Assembly: GCA_951406725.2 (NCBI GenBank)
Contig: OX597835.1
Location: forward strand, 32,178,001 to 32,242,000
Source: Octopus vulgaris
Lineage: Eukaryota
Length of the DNA: 64,000 nucleotides
Direction of reading: 5' to 3'
Positions 1 through 14,807 of this stretch are shown here, piece after piece. Under the pieces are notes generated by a model. The model had not been told where the DNA came from. It was given only the letters and a program-made list of their open reading frames with translations, and made no database searches. A program made the position numbers and the translations under genes. Every line of letters starts with the position of its first letter. The stretch's first letter is position 1.

Positions 1-350
1 CAAGCAGAATCGCTTGCCCGCCGGATGATATATTTAACGGTATTTCACCCGTCTCTACGTCCTGGGGTTCAAATTCCGCCGAGGTCGACTGCCTTTCCTC
101 CTTTTGGAGTCGATAAAATAAATATTAGTTGAGAACTGGAGTTGAAGTAATTGACTCTTCCCCTCCTCCAAAATTCCAGGCCTTGTGCTTTCAGCAGAAG
201 AGATTATTAGAGTTCAAATTTCCGCCGAGATCGACTTTACTTTACATCCTTCCGGTATCGTTAAAATAAGTGCCAGTTGAGCATGGAGTCGATGTACCAC
301 GCCCAACCCTGCCAAAATTTTTGTCTTGTGCCAAATTTGAAATAATTATT
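1..350 (+). mobile_element. SINE family A, degenerate dimeric copy
   Basis: Two copies of the core gttcaaattccgccgaggtcgact...tcct...gtcgataaaataa, each followed by a ...ccttgtgc-type tail. Confidence 0.8.
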
Positions 351-962
351 ATTGTTGCTGTTGTTGTTTTTATAATGTTTTTTGCTTTGTGAGGTGAACT
401 TTTTGTGATTTATTTGTATTTTTACGGAAAATGGCGTGCGGAGGGGAAGTCATTTATTTAGTTTAGGTCAAATTGACACCATGTTGAATATGGAAGAAGA
501 TGGTCTTAATGGCTCTGCAGAAAGTTAGAAGGAAACTCAAGCAACGGAAGCGAAAGATAAAATTGAAAGATATGATATGTTCAATTTGACATTTCCAAAT
601 TCCATGAAGATAAATTGAAGAAATTTCCATGAAAGATTAATTCGCAGAGACGATGGTATCGAGACTCGTTCTACCCACACACAAGAATACATAGGCAGAC
701 CGATATATGGCGTGTACGTACGTGTACACACGCACACACACATCACACACACACACATCACACACACACACACACGCACGCACGCACGCACACATACACA
801 AACACTCAACACATACAAAACATACAAGCAACAAACATGTACACTTTTGTTATTTATTCTTCTCGATGTTAATAAAAGTTTCAATCCCTCTTTCTCTCTG
901 TATATCTCTACTTCTCTCTTACTCATTTACTCTCTCTCTCTCTCTCGCTCCTTTACTTTCTC

Positions 963-1038
<76 letters not shown>

Positions 1039-1202
1039 TCCTTTAATATCTCTACTTCTCCCTCTCTCGCAATCTATATCTATACATCTCTTTCTCTCAT
1101 TTCCTTTCATTTTTGTGTGCAAACATTTTATATACGTGTGTGTATGTGCCTTTGAGTGTAAAGTATATACGTGTGTGTATGTGTGTATAAGTAAATAGCG
1201 TG

Positions 1203-1233
<31 letters not shown>

Positions 1234-1236
1234 ACA

Positions 1237-1648
1237 TGGCTGTGTGTAAGTAGCTTGCTAACCAACCACATGGTTCCGGGTTCAGTCCCACTGCGTGGCA
1301 CCTTGGGCGAGTGTCTTCTACTATAGCCTCGGGCCGACCAATGCCTTGTGAGTGGATTTGGTAGACGGAAACTGAAAGAAGCCTGTCGTAAATATGAATA
1401 TAAATATATATATGTATGTGTGTGTGTGTTTGTGTGTCTGTATTTGTCTCCCTAGCATTGCTTGACAACCGATGCTGGCGTGTTTACGTCCCCGTCACTT
1501 AGCGGTTCGGCAAAAGAGACCGATAGAATAAGTACTAGGCTTACAAGGAATAAGTCCCGGGGTCGATTTGCTCGACTAAAGGCGGTGCTCCAGCATGGCC
1601 GCAGTCAAATGACTGAAACAAGTAAAAGAGTAAAAGAGTAAAAGAGTA
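1237..1648 (+). mobile_element. SINE family B (tRNA-like head, CORE-like ccttgggcaagt block, internal TA/TG microsatellite, (gtaaaaga)n tail)
   Basis: Near-identical to copies at 24637, 31618, 46155, 48893 and 51105. A/B-box-like tggctgtgtg(g)taag...ggttcagtccc. Confidence 0.9.
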
Positions 1649-2669
1649 TATATACACACACACACATATATACATATATATATATACACACACATATATA
1701 CATATATATATACACACACACACATATATATATACATATATATATATACATACACATATATATATATATACATATATATACACACACACATACACACAGA
1801 AAAATAAAAATAGAACCGCTAATGTGACTATCGGTATTGTTGTTGATTTCCTTCTCTTTCTAATATTTCGGTTCGTGACGTCATAGCAGCTATATAACTT
1901 ATCTCTTTAAATTTCGATATTTGACTAACGTGTTGACACTGATTATTGCCTAAACAACTTTCATTAACCCAGTATATATATATATTTGTTTATACCATCG
2001 ACGCCTTCCCGACAACAATGTTGTCCACTTTTTCAATGATATCTATCCTATTTTGTTTGAATTGAAGCATTGATAGGTTAAGATTGCTAACACTGTGATT
2101 ATGGTTATTTCTGTATCTTTGATTCTTTTCTATTCTTTTCTTTTCTTTTCTTTCCTTCATTTTCCCGCACACTCCTGTAAAATTATGCAGAAACCTTCGC
2201 TATTCTGAGCGATTTTTCCTTAACTTATTTTCTCTGTATAATGAGTAGCTGGAACTCAATTGATTAAAGCTAGGATTCTTTTCCACAATAACACTTTTTT
2301 TTTTCTTTTGTCTTTTGCCAGTAAGTGTCATTTCCTATTTTTTCTATCTTGATATCAAAGAAAATTACCACCATTCCCTTCAAACTTTGCTTCTGTGACC
2401 TATATATCATGTTTGAAACTGACCTGTTTTCCATTACAGTTCAGACAGCTTCAGCGTTGAGTTGCTGAAGCAGAAATATCGTTATAGCAAATATCATGTC
2501 CAATACCACAGATTTACTTGACCTTAACCAACTGAGCATAGCCCTTAGTGGACAACACTATGTGCATCTTTGATCATGCGCAGGAGTAGCGGAGGAGCAT
2601 CATAGTCATGGGATGAGCAGGAGTGTTTGGGGCTTGAATAAATGTAACAAAAACAAAGTTTGAAGGTCA

Positions 2670-2770
2670 TTACTCTTTTACTCTTTTACTTGTTTCAGTC
2701 ATTTGACTGCGGCCATGCTGGATCACCGCCTTTAGTCGAGCAGATCGACCCCATGACTTATTCTTTATAC

Positions 2771-2852
<82 letters not shown>

Positions 2853-2983
2853 GACGGGCTTCTATCAGTTTCCGTCTACCAAATCCACTCACAAGACAAT
2901 TGGCCAAGGTGCCACGCAGTGGGACTGATCCCGGAACCATGTGGTTGGTAAGCAAGCTGCTTCCCACACAGCCACTCCTGCGC
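2670..2983 (-). mobile_element. SINE family B, internally deleted copy
   Basis: Reverse complement of the family B head and tail around a (TA)n tract. Confidence 0.85.
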
Positions 2984-4196
2984 CATTTTTCATTCTTTCT
3001 AAAGGTAAGAAAATCGGGAGCAACAGGTGCTATCCAAGGAAAAATATCGTACTACACTGCGTAATTATGAAACATGAAGGAAATATATGAAAAAGTACTT
3101 CTTGAAATTTATTAACCATATCATTCCTTTGATGTACTAAACTATTTAAAGTAGTACTTATTTTTGAGAACAACTAAAATGTCGGCAACTGAAGTTCAGA
3201 ATTGATTTAATAGTGTCATATGACACATGATAGCACCTGCTATCTGCTGGAATATAGGCTTAGTTTACAAGTACCAGTTTCTGTAAGTGATGTTGCCAAG
3301 TTTAATGACGTCTTTAGATTAGATATGCATTCTAACTGTTCTATAATTTACAAATTTATTCTGCCGTCCAACCCTCTTCAATGACTGGTTAGGTTCCACC
3401 CACTTTGCATTTCTTCAATGTTGGTAATTGTGTTTCGAAATTTCACTTGATGTTGAAATGTCGATTCGTCCGCGTGTCATTGTTCGCTTATATATTTGGT
3501 AAGCCTGATGACGCACATCGATTCTCTGTCGAGTTTCTGGTAGATCATAAGTTCTTTTATTTCAATAGCTTCTTTCCTTGAACAAGAGCGGGCGCGAACT
3601 CATTAAAATTAAAATGGAAGAAATACAAACCTATTTCGGATTGATCGGTGAATCTAGGATAACACCACCAAACGAAATTTAAAAAAGTAAGTTAAAGAAA
3701 AGACTATTGTCTATAAAGTATACAATGTAGAGAAAAAAAAAAGATTTGAACACCTGGAGGAAAGCACCATCGAAAAGTGTCTTGGTGCAACTATGAAAGA
3801 TATCAAGTATCTAACCAGAGGCGGTAAATTCGCCACAATAGAAGCAAGGTTCAAGTCAACGGAGCGTGCAAGGGCGTACTCGACTCGAACCTTGCAAAGT
3901 GGAAATATTTTATTTTTACCTTCATATCTGGGACGTAGGACGTCCCGGATAAAAATTTAAAATGTCCCCCCAGAAGTGGAGGTAGGCTGGATTGTAGCCA
4001 CACTTCTATACAAGAGGGAGGACACGATACAATTGATCGAATTTGCAAGAGACGGGTCTACAATACCAGTCTGTTATATATTTTGAGTATTGTTATCACT
4101 AGCGATATCAAGATATAACTTTGTATTTTGTATTTTATGTGTATATGTATATATATATAGATGTACATGTAATATGTACACATATATATACATGCG

Positions 4197-4235
4197 CTAG
4201 CACTATGACCCGGCAACGACGGGTCATAGTGCTAG
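4197..4235. repeat. Perfect 16-bp-stem hairpin built from a Helitron-type 3' end
   Basis: ctagcactatgacccg-gcaacga-cgggtcatagtgctag. The left part matches the element end at 43767-43793. Confidence 0.85.
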
Positions 4236-4270
<35 letters not shown>

Positions 4271-4282
4271 ACACACACATAA

Positions 4283-4370
<88 letters not shown>

Positions 4371-4379
4371 GTATAGACA

Positions 4380-4670
4380 GATAGATGTAGAAGGGCAGAA
4401 AGAGCAGGAGATGCAATAAATCATGTTGCTAGAAGTGCATGTAAAGAAGTCAGTGATATGATAGGGACGATGGCGGGTGCTGTGGGGATGGTGATGCTGG
4501 AGGGGTAGGGGTAAGTGCGGCAGCGAGGGCGGAGGTAGGGAAACGAGCCAGGTTTGGAGGTGGGATACATATCTTAATATGCCTTCTGTCAGAATCGTCT
4601 CTTCCGTGTGAAGGATGTGTGTCATCTATTCCAGTGTCACCTCCTCCCCTCTGATCAGAGAAGGTGAGTA
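4380..4670 (-). mobile_element. Penelope-like element fragment (linker and start of GIY-YIG endonuclease), degenerate
   Basis: Minus frame reads PYHITDFFTCTSSNMIYCISCSFCPS, matching the FTC.S.N.IYCI.C..C motif. It is truncated by a (GATA)n tract. Confidence 0.75.
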
Positions 4671-4715
4671 TGGGGGGATCTTCATTAAGGGTCTGACAAG
4701 AATATGACGCCAGAT

Positions 4716-4945
4716 GGTGGCGAACTGGCAGAAAAGGTAGAACGCCGGGAAAAATGCTTAGCGGTATTTCGTCTGCCGTTACGTTCTGAGTTCAAATTCC
4801 GCCGAGGTCGACTTTGCCTTTCATCCTTTCGGGGTCGATTAAATAAGTACCAGTTATGTACTGGGGTCGATACACTCGACTTAACCCGTTTGTCTGCCCT
4901 TGTTTGTCCCCTCTGTGTGTAGCTTGTTGTGGGCAATAAAGAAAT
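4716..4945 (+). mobile_element. SINE family A monomer with 18-bp target-site duplication
   Basis: Full head-core-tail. Flanks are aagaatatgacgccagat (4698-4715) and aagaatgtgatgccagat (4946-4963). Confidence 0.9.
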
Positions 4946-5701
4946 AAGAATGTGATGCCAGATAATGAAGATGATGACGACGACGGTGATGATGATAATG
5001 ATGATGATGATGATGATGATGATGGACAGCTATGAGGATGACGCCTGACAAAGTTGGAGTTTGCAACGATGGAGATGACGACGACGACGATGACGACGAC
5101 AACGATGACAACGACGACGTTGATGATGGCGATGACGATCACAACAACGACTATGATGATGATGGCGATGATGATCATCAAAATTATCACATCTTGCTTT
5201 ACATGTATAAAAGCCCCGTATGCAGTAGACACATCCATACATGTAAACGTGTGCAGGGCTTACGTAACGAAACAAGGATGTTATGTTTAATTAGCTGTCT
5301 TGTAATTACAACAAGCTGCTCCTTAGTTTATGAGTCACTAATTGTTCATCTTTGACTCACTGGATAAACGTTAAACTCATTATCTAGTTAGTTATTTAAT
5401 TTCACTAATGAGCAAACAATTAACTAATCACACTCATTACCACATTAAATAATATTCAGCTGATTGACCGGTTTCTACTTCTTTGAACTTAATTATACGT
5501 ATATTATTTAAGTAAAATTTGAATTCAATTTACTAACCGACAGCTGATTCAATGATTAGCAGTGCTTAATTAACTAATTATGAGAACCTTTTATTAATTC
5601 ATGTACTGAGGCCAAATACCTGTCCCTGTGTGTCTCTTTCTCTCTCTATTTCTATGTCTCTCCCTCTCTCTCTCTTCCTCACTCTCTTCCCCTGCCACTC
5701 T

Positions 5702-5778
<77 letters not shown>

Positions 5779-5782
5779 TATA

Positions 5783-5975
5783 TGGCGCAGGAGTAGCTTC
5801 CTTACCAACCAAGTGATTCCGGGTTCAGTCTCACGGGCAAGGGTCTTCTTCTATAGCCTCAGACCGACCAAATCCTAGTGAGAGGACTTGGTTGACGGAA
5901 ACTGAAAGAAACCCGTCGTGTGTGTGTGTCTGTGTTTGTTCCCCCAACATCGCTTGACAATGACAACCGATGTGT
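5783..5975 (+). mobile_element. SINE family B, 5' half
   Basis: Sequence similarity to the other family B copies. Confidence 0.8.
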
Positions 5976-7169
5976 TGTTGCTGAAGGACTCTTGGAAAAC
6001 TTCTTTGAATGTATGCATGTACTATTAAAGTGGTTGTTATTTTAAAGGGATTAGCATTTGATTCCTTTCTATTGTTGATTTGTTCTTTATGGTAGGTTCC
6101 ACATTTATTGGCCCCAGCTGTCCTTTAGGCATCGGCTTATTACTTACATATACGTACTAACGCTCGGGGAAATACCGTTGTACAATGTGCGTATGTAGCT
6201 TATAAAGATGGAACCGAAAGCGTCTGATCTCAGAACAAGCAGCAACTTGTGAAGTCAAACCTATGGAAAATTTGGATGGATTGAAATTGAGCCCACATTT
6301 GTTTGTTGAACGGTCACTACACGAAATAGTTTAGCAACAAACGTTCGGTCAATCAATGATGTTCTCTCTCTTTCTCTCTCTCACATTCTGTCTTTTAGCT
6401 CTGTAACAATTACTACTGGTGTTGAAGAATTTAAAGCACATCCACTCGAACTGAATCACCCGAGGACTAGTAGAGATGGTTCTAACGTAAACTGATATAT
6501 AACCTGTTACTTATATACGTGGAAAATGTCGCTGAAATGTCACACACTACAGAACGTTGACTAATTAACGCCAACTCCTGTTTAAATTTGAGCATAAAGG
6601 TATCTATCTAAAGTAAGATCTAATGCAGAAAGATAGCAAAAGCACCAAGTCCACTTGATATGACAAATATAGTCTGAACTACTCATACTTACAGAACATT
6701 TTAAATTTCTATCAAATTACCCCCATTTAGACACGTAATACACACAAGGATATGACCGAGGTATGCATCTCACGAGATTTACAATAATGGGTTTGGTATA
6801 CTTGTTATACGAGGAATACAATGGGTTCACTACTACTGCTTTTCGATTGTTCGCACACGTGATTATATCTATCTCTCTCTCTCTCTCTCTCTCACTCGAT
6901 ATATATATGTGTGTGTGCATGTATGTATATATACGTATGTGTAGATACATATCTTAACGCATTCTCATTATCGATATTTACTTATGTCTGTATGTGTGTG
7001 CGTGCGTGTGTGTGTGTGTGCGTGTGTGTGCGTGAGTGTGTGTATGTGTGTCCACAAACTCACACACACGTGTGTGTATATAGTAAAAAACATTTAATAG
7101 CCATTCATCCAATCGTAGTAACACTATAACGTCCGGTTACAGACCAGTCTATCGATCAATAATATAATT

Positions 7170-8730
<1,561 letters not shown>

Positions 8731-8960
8731 ACGTTTTTTCTTTTCGTTGCTTATATTTTTTACTCGCGTCGTTTCAGACACTTGACTGCAGGGCGTTGCA
8801 CTGAAGGGTTTTAAATCAAACAGATTGACCTCGGTACATATTTATTTTCTGAAGCTCGTTACTATCGGTCTCTATTGCTGAAATCGTTAAATCGCGGGGA
8901 TGTAAACAAACCAACACCAGCTGTCAGGTATTGCTGCAGACAAATCGGCGCCACTCACAC

Positions 8961-9015
<55 letters not shown>

Positions 9016-9299
9016 CTTAAACTATTAAAGTCACTCGAAAAACATCTATTTTATTGGGGGTGCTATTTTAAAAGACATTTGTTGTAGGTCTGGTGCAGTG
9101 GGACCCATTATAACCTGGGGTGAAATTGGATACGTGAGAGAAGAAAGTTTGCTTTCGTGCTACTCGAAACCACATCTCCTGTAGAAATGACAGGCTTTCA
9201 ACCATTGGACCAAGGAATCCCCTCATTTTTCTTTATCCGTTTAACAGACTTTATTCTTACTAGAGTGTTTGTATAGATATAATAGATAGATAGATTTCA

Positions 9300-9672
<373 letters not shown>

Positions 9673-9861
9673 TGTTTAGCTAGTCTCACATATATATTTC
9701 ATGATTATGTTTTTTGGCCCAGTTAGAGGAACGTGATGCCGACCCTAGAATTTAAACCCCAGAGCTCTCGCCTGTCTTATTCAGAAGATTATACATACAT
9801 ACACACCTACATAAAAAGGTGAATGATAAAAAAATGGAATTAACGCCATTCTTTATTTAAA

Positions 9862-9966
9862 AATCACTACAATTGTTTCGACACATTTTGCATCTTCAGT
9901 ACTTTAGTGCGATGTTGATTATCATTATCTTACGTTCAAGTGTTAAATACGCCTCCTCGGGTGATT
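9862..9966 (-). ncRNA. Hammerhead-ribozyme-like motif (type I, variant core, long stem II region)
   Basis: aatcac-CCGAGGA...GAAAC-aatt-GTA-gtgatt, giving a 6-bp stem I and a palindromic stem III. Confidence 0.5.
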
Positions 9967-10247
9967 GTTTGAATAATTGCTTTGTTAGATTATTTCGTCA
10001 GTTCACGCAGATTGATAGCCAATAACTATGGACGAGTTTTGCAAAGGGCTTTATCCGTCCGTATCTTATTTAGCTAATGCACACACATTCACATACGCAC
10101 ACACACAGATCAATAGATAGCAAACTAGATAGATAATACAGTTCTATATTTCTATATTACCTGAATAATAACAATAATAATAATGATTATAATAATATCA
10201 TCGAAAAATACCTTAGGAATGAGAACTCAGGTTCGAAGTTTCCCCAA

Positions 10248-10293
10248 AACACCTGAAGAAGGCTGGAGGATATATCAACCGAAACGTTGTGTT
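10248..10293 (+). ncRNA. Minimal type I hammerhead ribozyme motif (Penelope-type)
   Basis: aacac-CTGAAGA-aggctg...caacc-GAAAC-GTT-gtgtt. Stem I is aacac/gtgtt. Confidence 0.7.
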
Positions 10294-10354
10294 AACAACA
10301 AACAAGATGAGGAGAAATATCCGTCTAATGTAAATAATGTAGATAGATAATAGA

Positions 10355-10408
<54 letters not shown>

Positions 10409-10419
10409 GTTATGTCCAG

Positions 10420-10557
10420 TTCACAGGGTTGCCCAGAATTTCGCATCCATAATCGCTTAGCTTTCCATACGTCTGGGGCCACCGGCCATTAGGGTCTCAC
10501 GAGACGTGTGTGAAGCAAAGTACTTTATGAACGCGAAACACTGGACAACCCTATGAA
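10420..10557. mobile_element. Possible ~140-bp MITE with 17-bp terminal inverted repeats
   Basis: ttcacagggttgcccag ... ctggacaaccctatgaa (15/17 match). No clear TSD. Confidence 0.45.
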
Positions 10558-10582
10558 GCAGCCATTACTAGCTTTATCTAAT

Positions 10583-10948
10583 GAACGTTTGATTTAAAGG
10601 CAGGAAACGAAAGGAAAGGTCACGGTTTCGCTTCGCATTGCAGCGAAACTAGAGGTTGTTTTAAGATTAATTGTAGCGTGTTTGTATAGTTAACTGTAAA
10701 GTTTAATCATAAACTGTTTTTGTAAAGTGATAGTGTAAAGTTTAATAGTACAAACAAGTACTTAAAATGTTATGGTTGGAAAAAAAAAAGGAATTGTAAA
10801 GACTTTCACAGTTCGTCTCGCATCGGGGGCGAGACGGGCGTCTCATTTACATCATAATTATATTCATTCCATTATCATTTTTCATTCGTTTTTAAGTCCC
10901 CGCATGTTTTCTTTATGTCCCCGCAGGCCTTGTGCCTATAATAAAGAA
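10583..10948 (+). mobile_element. Retroposed insertion with perfect 19-bp TSD
   Basis: attactagctttatctaat at 10564-10582 and 10949-10967. It ends in the SINE-like tail aggccttgtgcctataataaagaa. Confidence 0.7.
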
Positions 10949-11029
10949 ATTACTAGCTTTATCTAATTACTCTACTGCTCTAAAACTTAGCGTGTGCTTC
11001 TATGACTTAGTAACCGCGCATACACACAA

Positions 11030-11080
<51 letters not shown>

Positions 11081-11399
11081 CACTTATGTACCCGCCCACA
11101 CTCCGCAATATGTTGCTGCTACGTGAATAGACGAGCGCAACAAACTAATAATATTGTCTAATTTTCTTTCCAAATTAAAACACAGCTGTTGTTTGAAGCG
11201 GTGTTTAATTATTATACATCGGCACCAATTTACATCTAAGTAAGTCGTGCCATTTGAGAGTTAAATTTCTTGACGTTTCCAATCACTGAATTCTCAGATT
11301 ATTTGCTGTCTTTGATAGCATAGCCTGTATGTGAAGTATGCAAATTAACTATCGCAACGAAAAATCGTAAATAAATGCTGTATTAACTACGCGTATATG

Positions 11400-11990
11400 A
11401 ATATATTGATTTCGAAGTTTGGTACCCGGCCAACAATTTCGAGGAGGGGAAGGGAAGTCGATTATACTGACCCCAGTTCCCAACTATTTTATCGACCCTG
11501 AAGGGATGAAATGCAAGTCGCCTTCTGCGGAATTTGAACTCAGAACACGAAGATGGATAAAATGCCGCTAAGAATTTCGCCCGGTGTGCCTCTATTGTAT
11601 AAGCATTTATTACTATAGCAACAATCCACAATAGTGTAGATACTTTCGTAACTTTAGTATTTACTTACCAAAGTCTTTCTTTGTTTATATATATATTCTC
11701 GGACGCTAGGATTCATGACACCAGTTTCCGTTTGTCCGTGAAGTATAAGGGCCAGAGATCGCAACATTCCCTCTTGGACGGGGCGCTGTCTCCGTCGCAG
11801 GGTTCAAAGCCGACAATTGAAAAGCGGAGAGAGAACAAGTCGATCACATTGACTCCAGTACTAGACTTATACTTTATTTTATCGACCCCACGAATGAATG
11901 TAAGACAAAGTCGATATCAGAAAGATTTCAACAAAGAACGTAAAGACCCGGGAGAAATGCGCTAAGCATTTTGTCTGACATCTAAGCGAT
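11400..11990 (-). mobile_element. Two degenerate SINE A copies plus other SINE fragments
   Basis: atcgacccc...ggaatttgaactcagaac-like cores at ~11490 and ~11880. Confidence 0.65.
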
Positions 11991-13344
11991 GCCGAACAAC
12001 TGATGTCGGATGCAGAAAGAGTACGGCTCTCGACTAAGTCCATGATAAAGATTGTACAACCTTTCTCTTTCACCAAAGAAAAGAAGGCAGTATCTCTCTG
12101 TGTAGTAACCATACTGAAAGATACTGTATGGAAGACGCGAATGAAAGGGACTGCGACAGGCCAGTTCATCTCCGGAGGCGGGCTGGTGAATTACTTAGCC
12201 GCCCATCTTTACAGCAAGATACGCCTGGAGAGGAGGAGCCTGCTACAAAGATTATTTGGGAAAAGATGGACGGAAGTAGTAAGAAAGATGAGAATGCAAG
12301 GAGCCGTGGTTGCGCGGTCGGTCCAGGCATAAAGGGACGGAAATGATTACCAAAAAAGGAAATCAACCGGCGGGTTAGTTCACTAACCTGAAAAATAGTG
12401 ATAAATTAACATCTATATTTTAAACTTCACATCATCCGTCATACATATCTATAAATGCATTCGTTTTTAATCTTTTGTAAAGAGTGTGTCTGACCCTTAG
12501 TTGTCTGTCCTTGTTTGTCCCCTCTATGTATCCTTCTTATAGGAAATAAAGAAAATCTGCCAGCTCGCTGCCAAGATACCATAGCAGCTGTATATAATCA
12601 TAACACTACTGTATTTCGAACAGAAACAGATGACACGAACCAATGAAGTAGTTTCAACAGGGCTATCTTTTACCTTTCACTTCCTTCAGTCGTTAGATGG
12701 ATGCCATGCTGGAGCACATCCTTCGAAATAAACAAAATGATAACGTCTATTATATTTATTATTTTAGTCATTTTATATACATCTAATCCCTATAATTTGA
12801 ATCCAATGCCCGAAACTCCTGCATTTCGACAAAAAAAATTGTACACGTGCTTGCATTTGTTAGAAATAAGTAGCGTGGTGGGCTTCTTGGATTTAAAAAG
12901 GAATGTGAAATCATTCTCTGGCACTTAACTTGCATCTATTTGATCCATTTATATCGAGTGGATTTCTCCAAGATGCTCCATTTGATTGCATGTGGCGCGC
13001 AAATGGTTTATAGGCCTCATATATGACAAGCCTGTTTTGTGGCTTCATTCTTGTCGGTGAAAGTACCAGCTATTTTTGTGTATTCGAGCCTGTAAGACTG
13101 CTTGGAGACACAAGAAATTATATATAAATCTGCCGAATTATTATGTTTCTGCAGCATGAAACCATTAGTAGCTAATATTTGAATATTGCATGAATTAAAA
13201 TATATTTATTCCTGGGTGGATGGAGTATACTTTTTTGTTGTCCTGCTAATGTATGTATGTACGTAAGTACGTACGTACGTATGTATGTATGTATGTATGC
13301 ATGTATGTATGTATGTATGTATGTATGTATGTATGTATGTATGT

Positions 13345-13625
13345 GCATGGCTTAGTGGATAGGGCGCTGCATGCACAGTCGTGAGATTGTAATTTAAGTT
13401 TCTAGACCGGATGGTGCGTTGCGTTCTTCAGTAAAACACTTCATCTTACGTTGCTATGCGACCACTTCGACACCTGACTCGTGGTACACCGGGCACCTGT
13501 TCAGAGGACGTCGATTTGAAGGAGAGAATTAGCAAATGTACGGCACGAATATTTGATTTCTATAAACAAATAATTTGTGCAGGTCGTTCGGCAAAAGCTG
13601 AACGCTTATATGTCGTCTACGACGG
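13345..13625 (+). mobile_element. Older tRNA-derived SINE (related degenerate elements at 18340-18580 and 19078-19385)
   Basis: tggcttagtggatagggc head followed by aaaacacttcat(c/t)ttacgttgct, which is shared with the other copies. Confidence 0.6.
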
Positions 13626-13681
13626 GATAGTACACCATGTATATAAATATAGATAGACAGACAGACAGACAGGTAGGTAGG

Positions 13682-13753
<72 letters not shown>

Positions 13754-13794
13754 CAGGGAGACAGGGAAGCAGATAGTTGATAGATAGTTTTTTT

Positions 13795-14070
13795 TATTGG
13801 CCACGCAGAGCTGAACACCGAAGGGACAAAATACAATGTAGAGCTTTTCTTTTTGGGAAGAAGAGAAGGAAAAAAAAAATTGGGTCGAATCCCGATCAAA
13901 AGGGATCGTGAAAAAAATTAAAGTGGGGGCGATAAATAGGGATCGTGTATCACAGAAACGTCAATGTAAAAAGAGAAAACAGATTAGGTTTGTCCGTGGA
14001 TAGAAAAGCCTACGGAAAAGACCACGGGAAAATAGTGTCATACAAAAAGAAATTACATTACAGTAAGTGG
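13795..14070 (-). mobile_element. 3' end of a LINE-like element, copy 2
   Basis: Similar to 9300-9570 and likewise next to (GATA)n. Confidence 0.7.
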
Positions 14071-14226
14071 CTCTCTTTCTTCCTTTCATTTTTTTTTGGT
14101 GGGGGGTGGTTCATAAAGATAGATAGATTGATTGATTGATTGATAGATAGACAGACAGACAGGTTGGCAGGTAGATAGATATAGATATAATTATGCACAC
14201 ACAGAGTAATGTATTTAGTATATATC

Positions 14227-14807
14227 TATTTCTTTACTACCCACAAGGGGCTAAACACAGAGGGGACAAACAAGGACAGACAAACGGATTAAGTGCGTAA
14301 CTGGTACTTATTTAATCGACCCCGGAAGGGTGAAAGGCAAAGTCGACCTCGGCGGAATTTGAACTCAAAACGTAACGGCAGACGAAATACCTATTTCTTT
14401 ACTACCCACAAGGGGCTAAACACAGAGGGGACAAACAAGGACAGACAACCGTATTAAGTCGATTACATCGACCCCAGTGCGTAACTGGTACTTATTTAAT
14501 CGACCCCGGAAGGGTGAAAGGCAAAGTCGACCTCGGCGGAATTTGAACTCAAAACGTAACGGCAGACGAAATACCTATTTCTTTACTACCCACAAGGGGT
14601 TAAACACAGAGGGGACAAACAAGGACAGACAAACGGATTAAGTCGATTACATCGACCCCAGTGCGTAACTGGTACTTATTTAATCGACCCCGAAAAGATG
14701 AAAGGCAAAGTCGACCTCGGCGGAATTTGAACTCAGAACGTAACGGCAGACGAAATACGGCTACGCATTTCGCCCGGCGTGCTAACGATTCTGCCAGCTC
14801 GCCGCTT
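14227..14807 (-). mobile_element. SINE family A trimer (one head, three core-tail units) inside a single TSD
   Basis: Units of up to ~180 bp. Flanks are tgtatttagtatatatc (14210-14226) and tgtattttgtatatatc (14808-14824). Confidence 0.9.

Noticed and set aside
1876-1883. Single perfect CRE (TGACGTCA)
   Set aside because: One 8-mer in 64 kb is expected by chance, and there is no supporting context.
14227-14807. Regularly spaced ~180-bp repeats resembling an array or satellite
   Set aside because: There are no unique spacers and the context is eukaryotic. SINE multimers explain it; it is not CRISPR.
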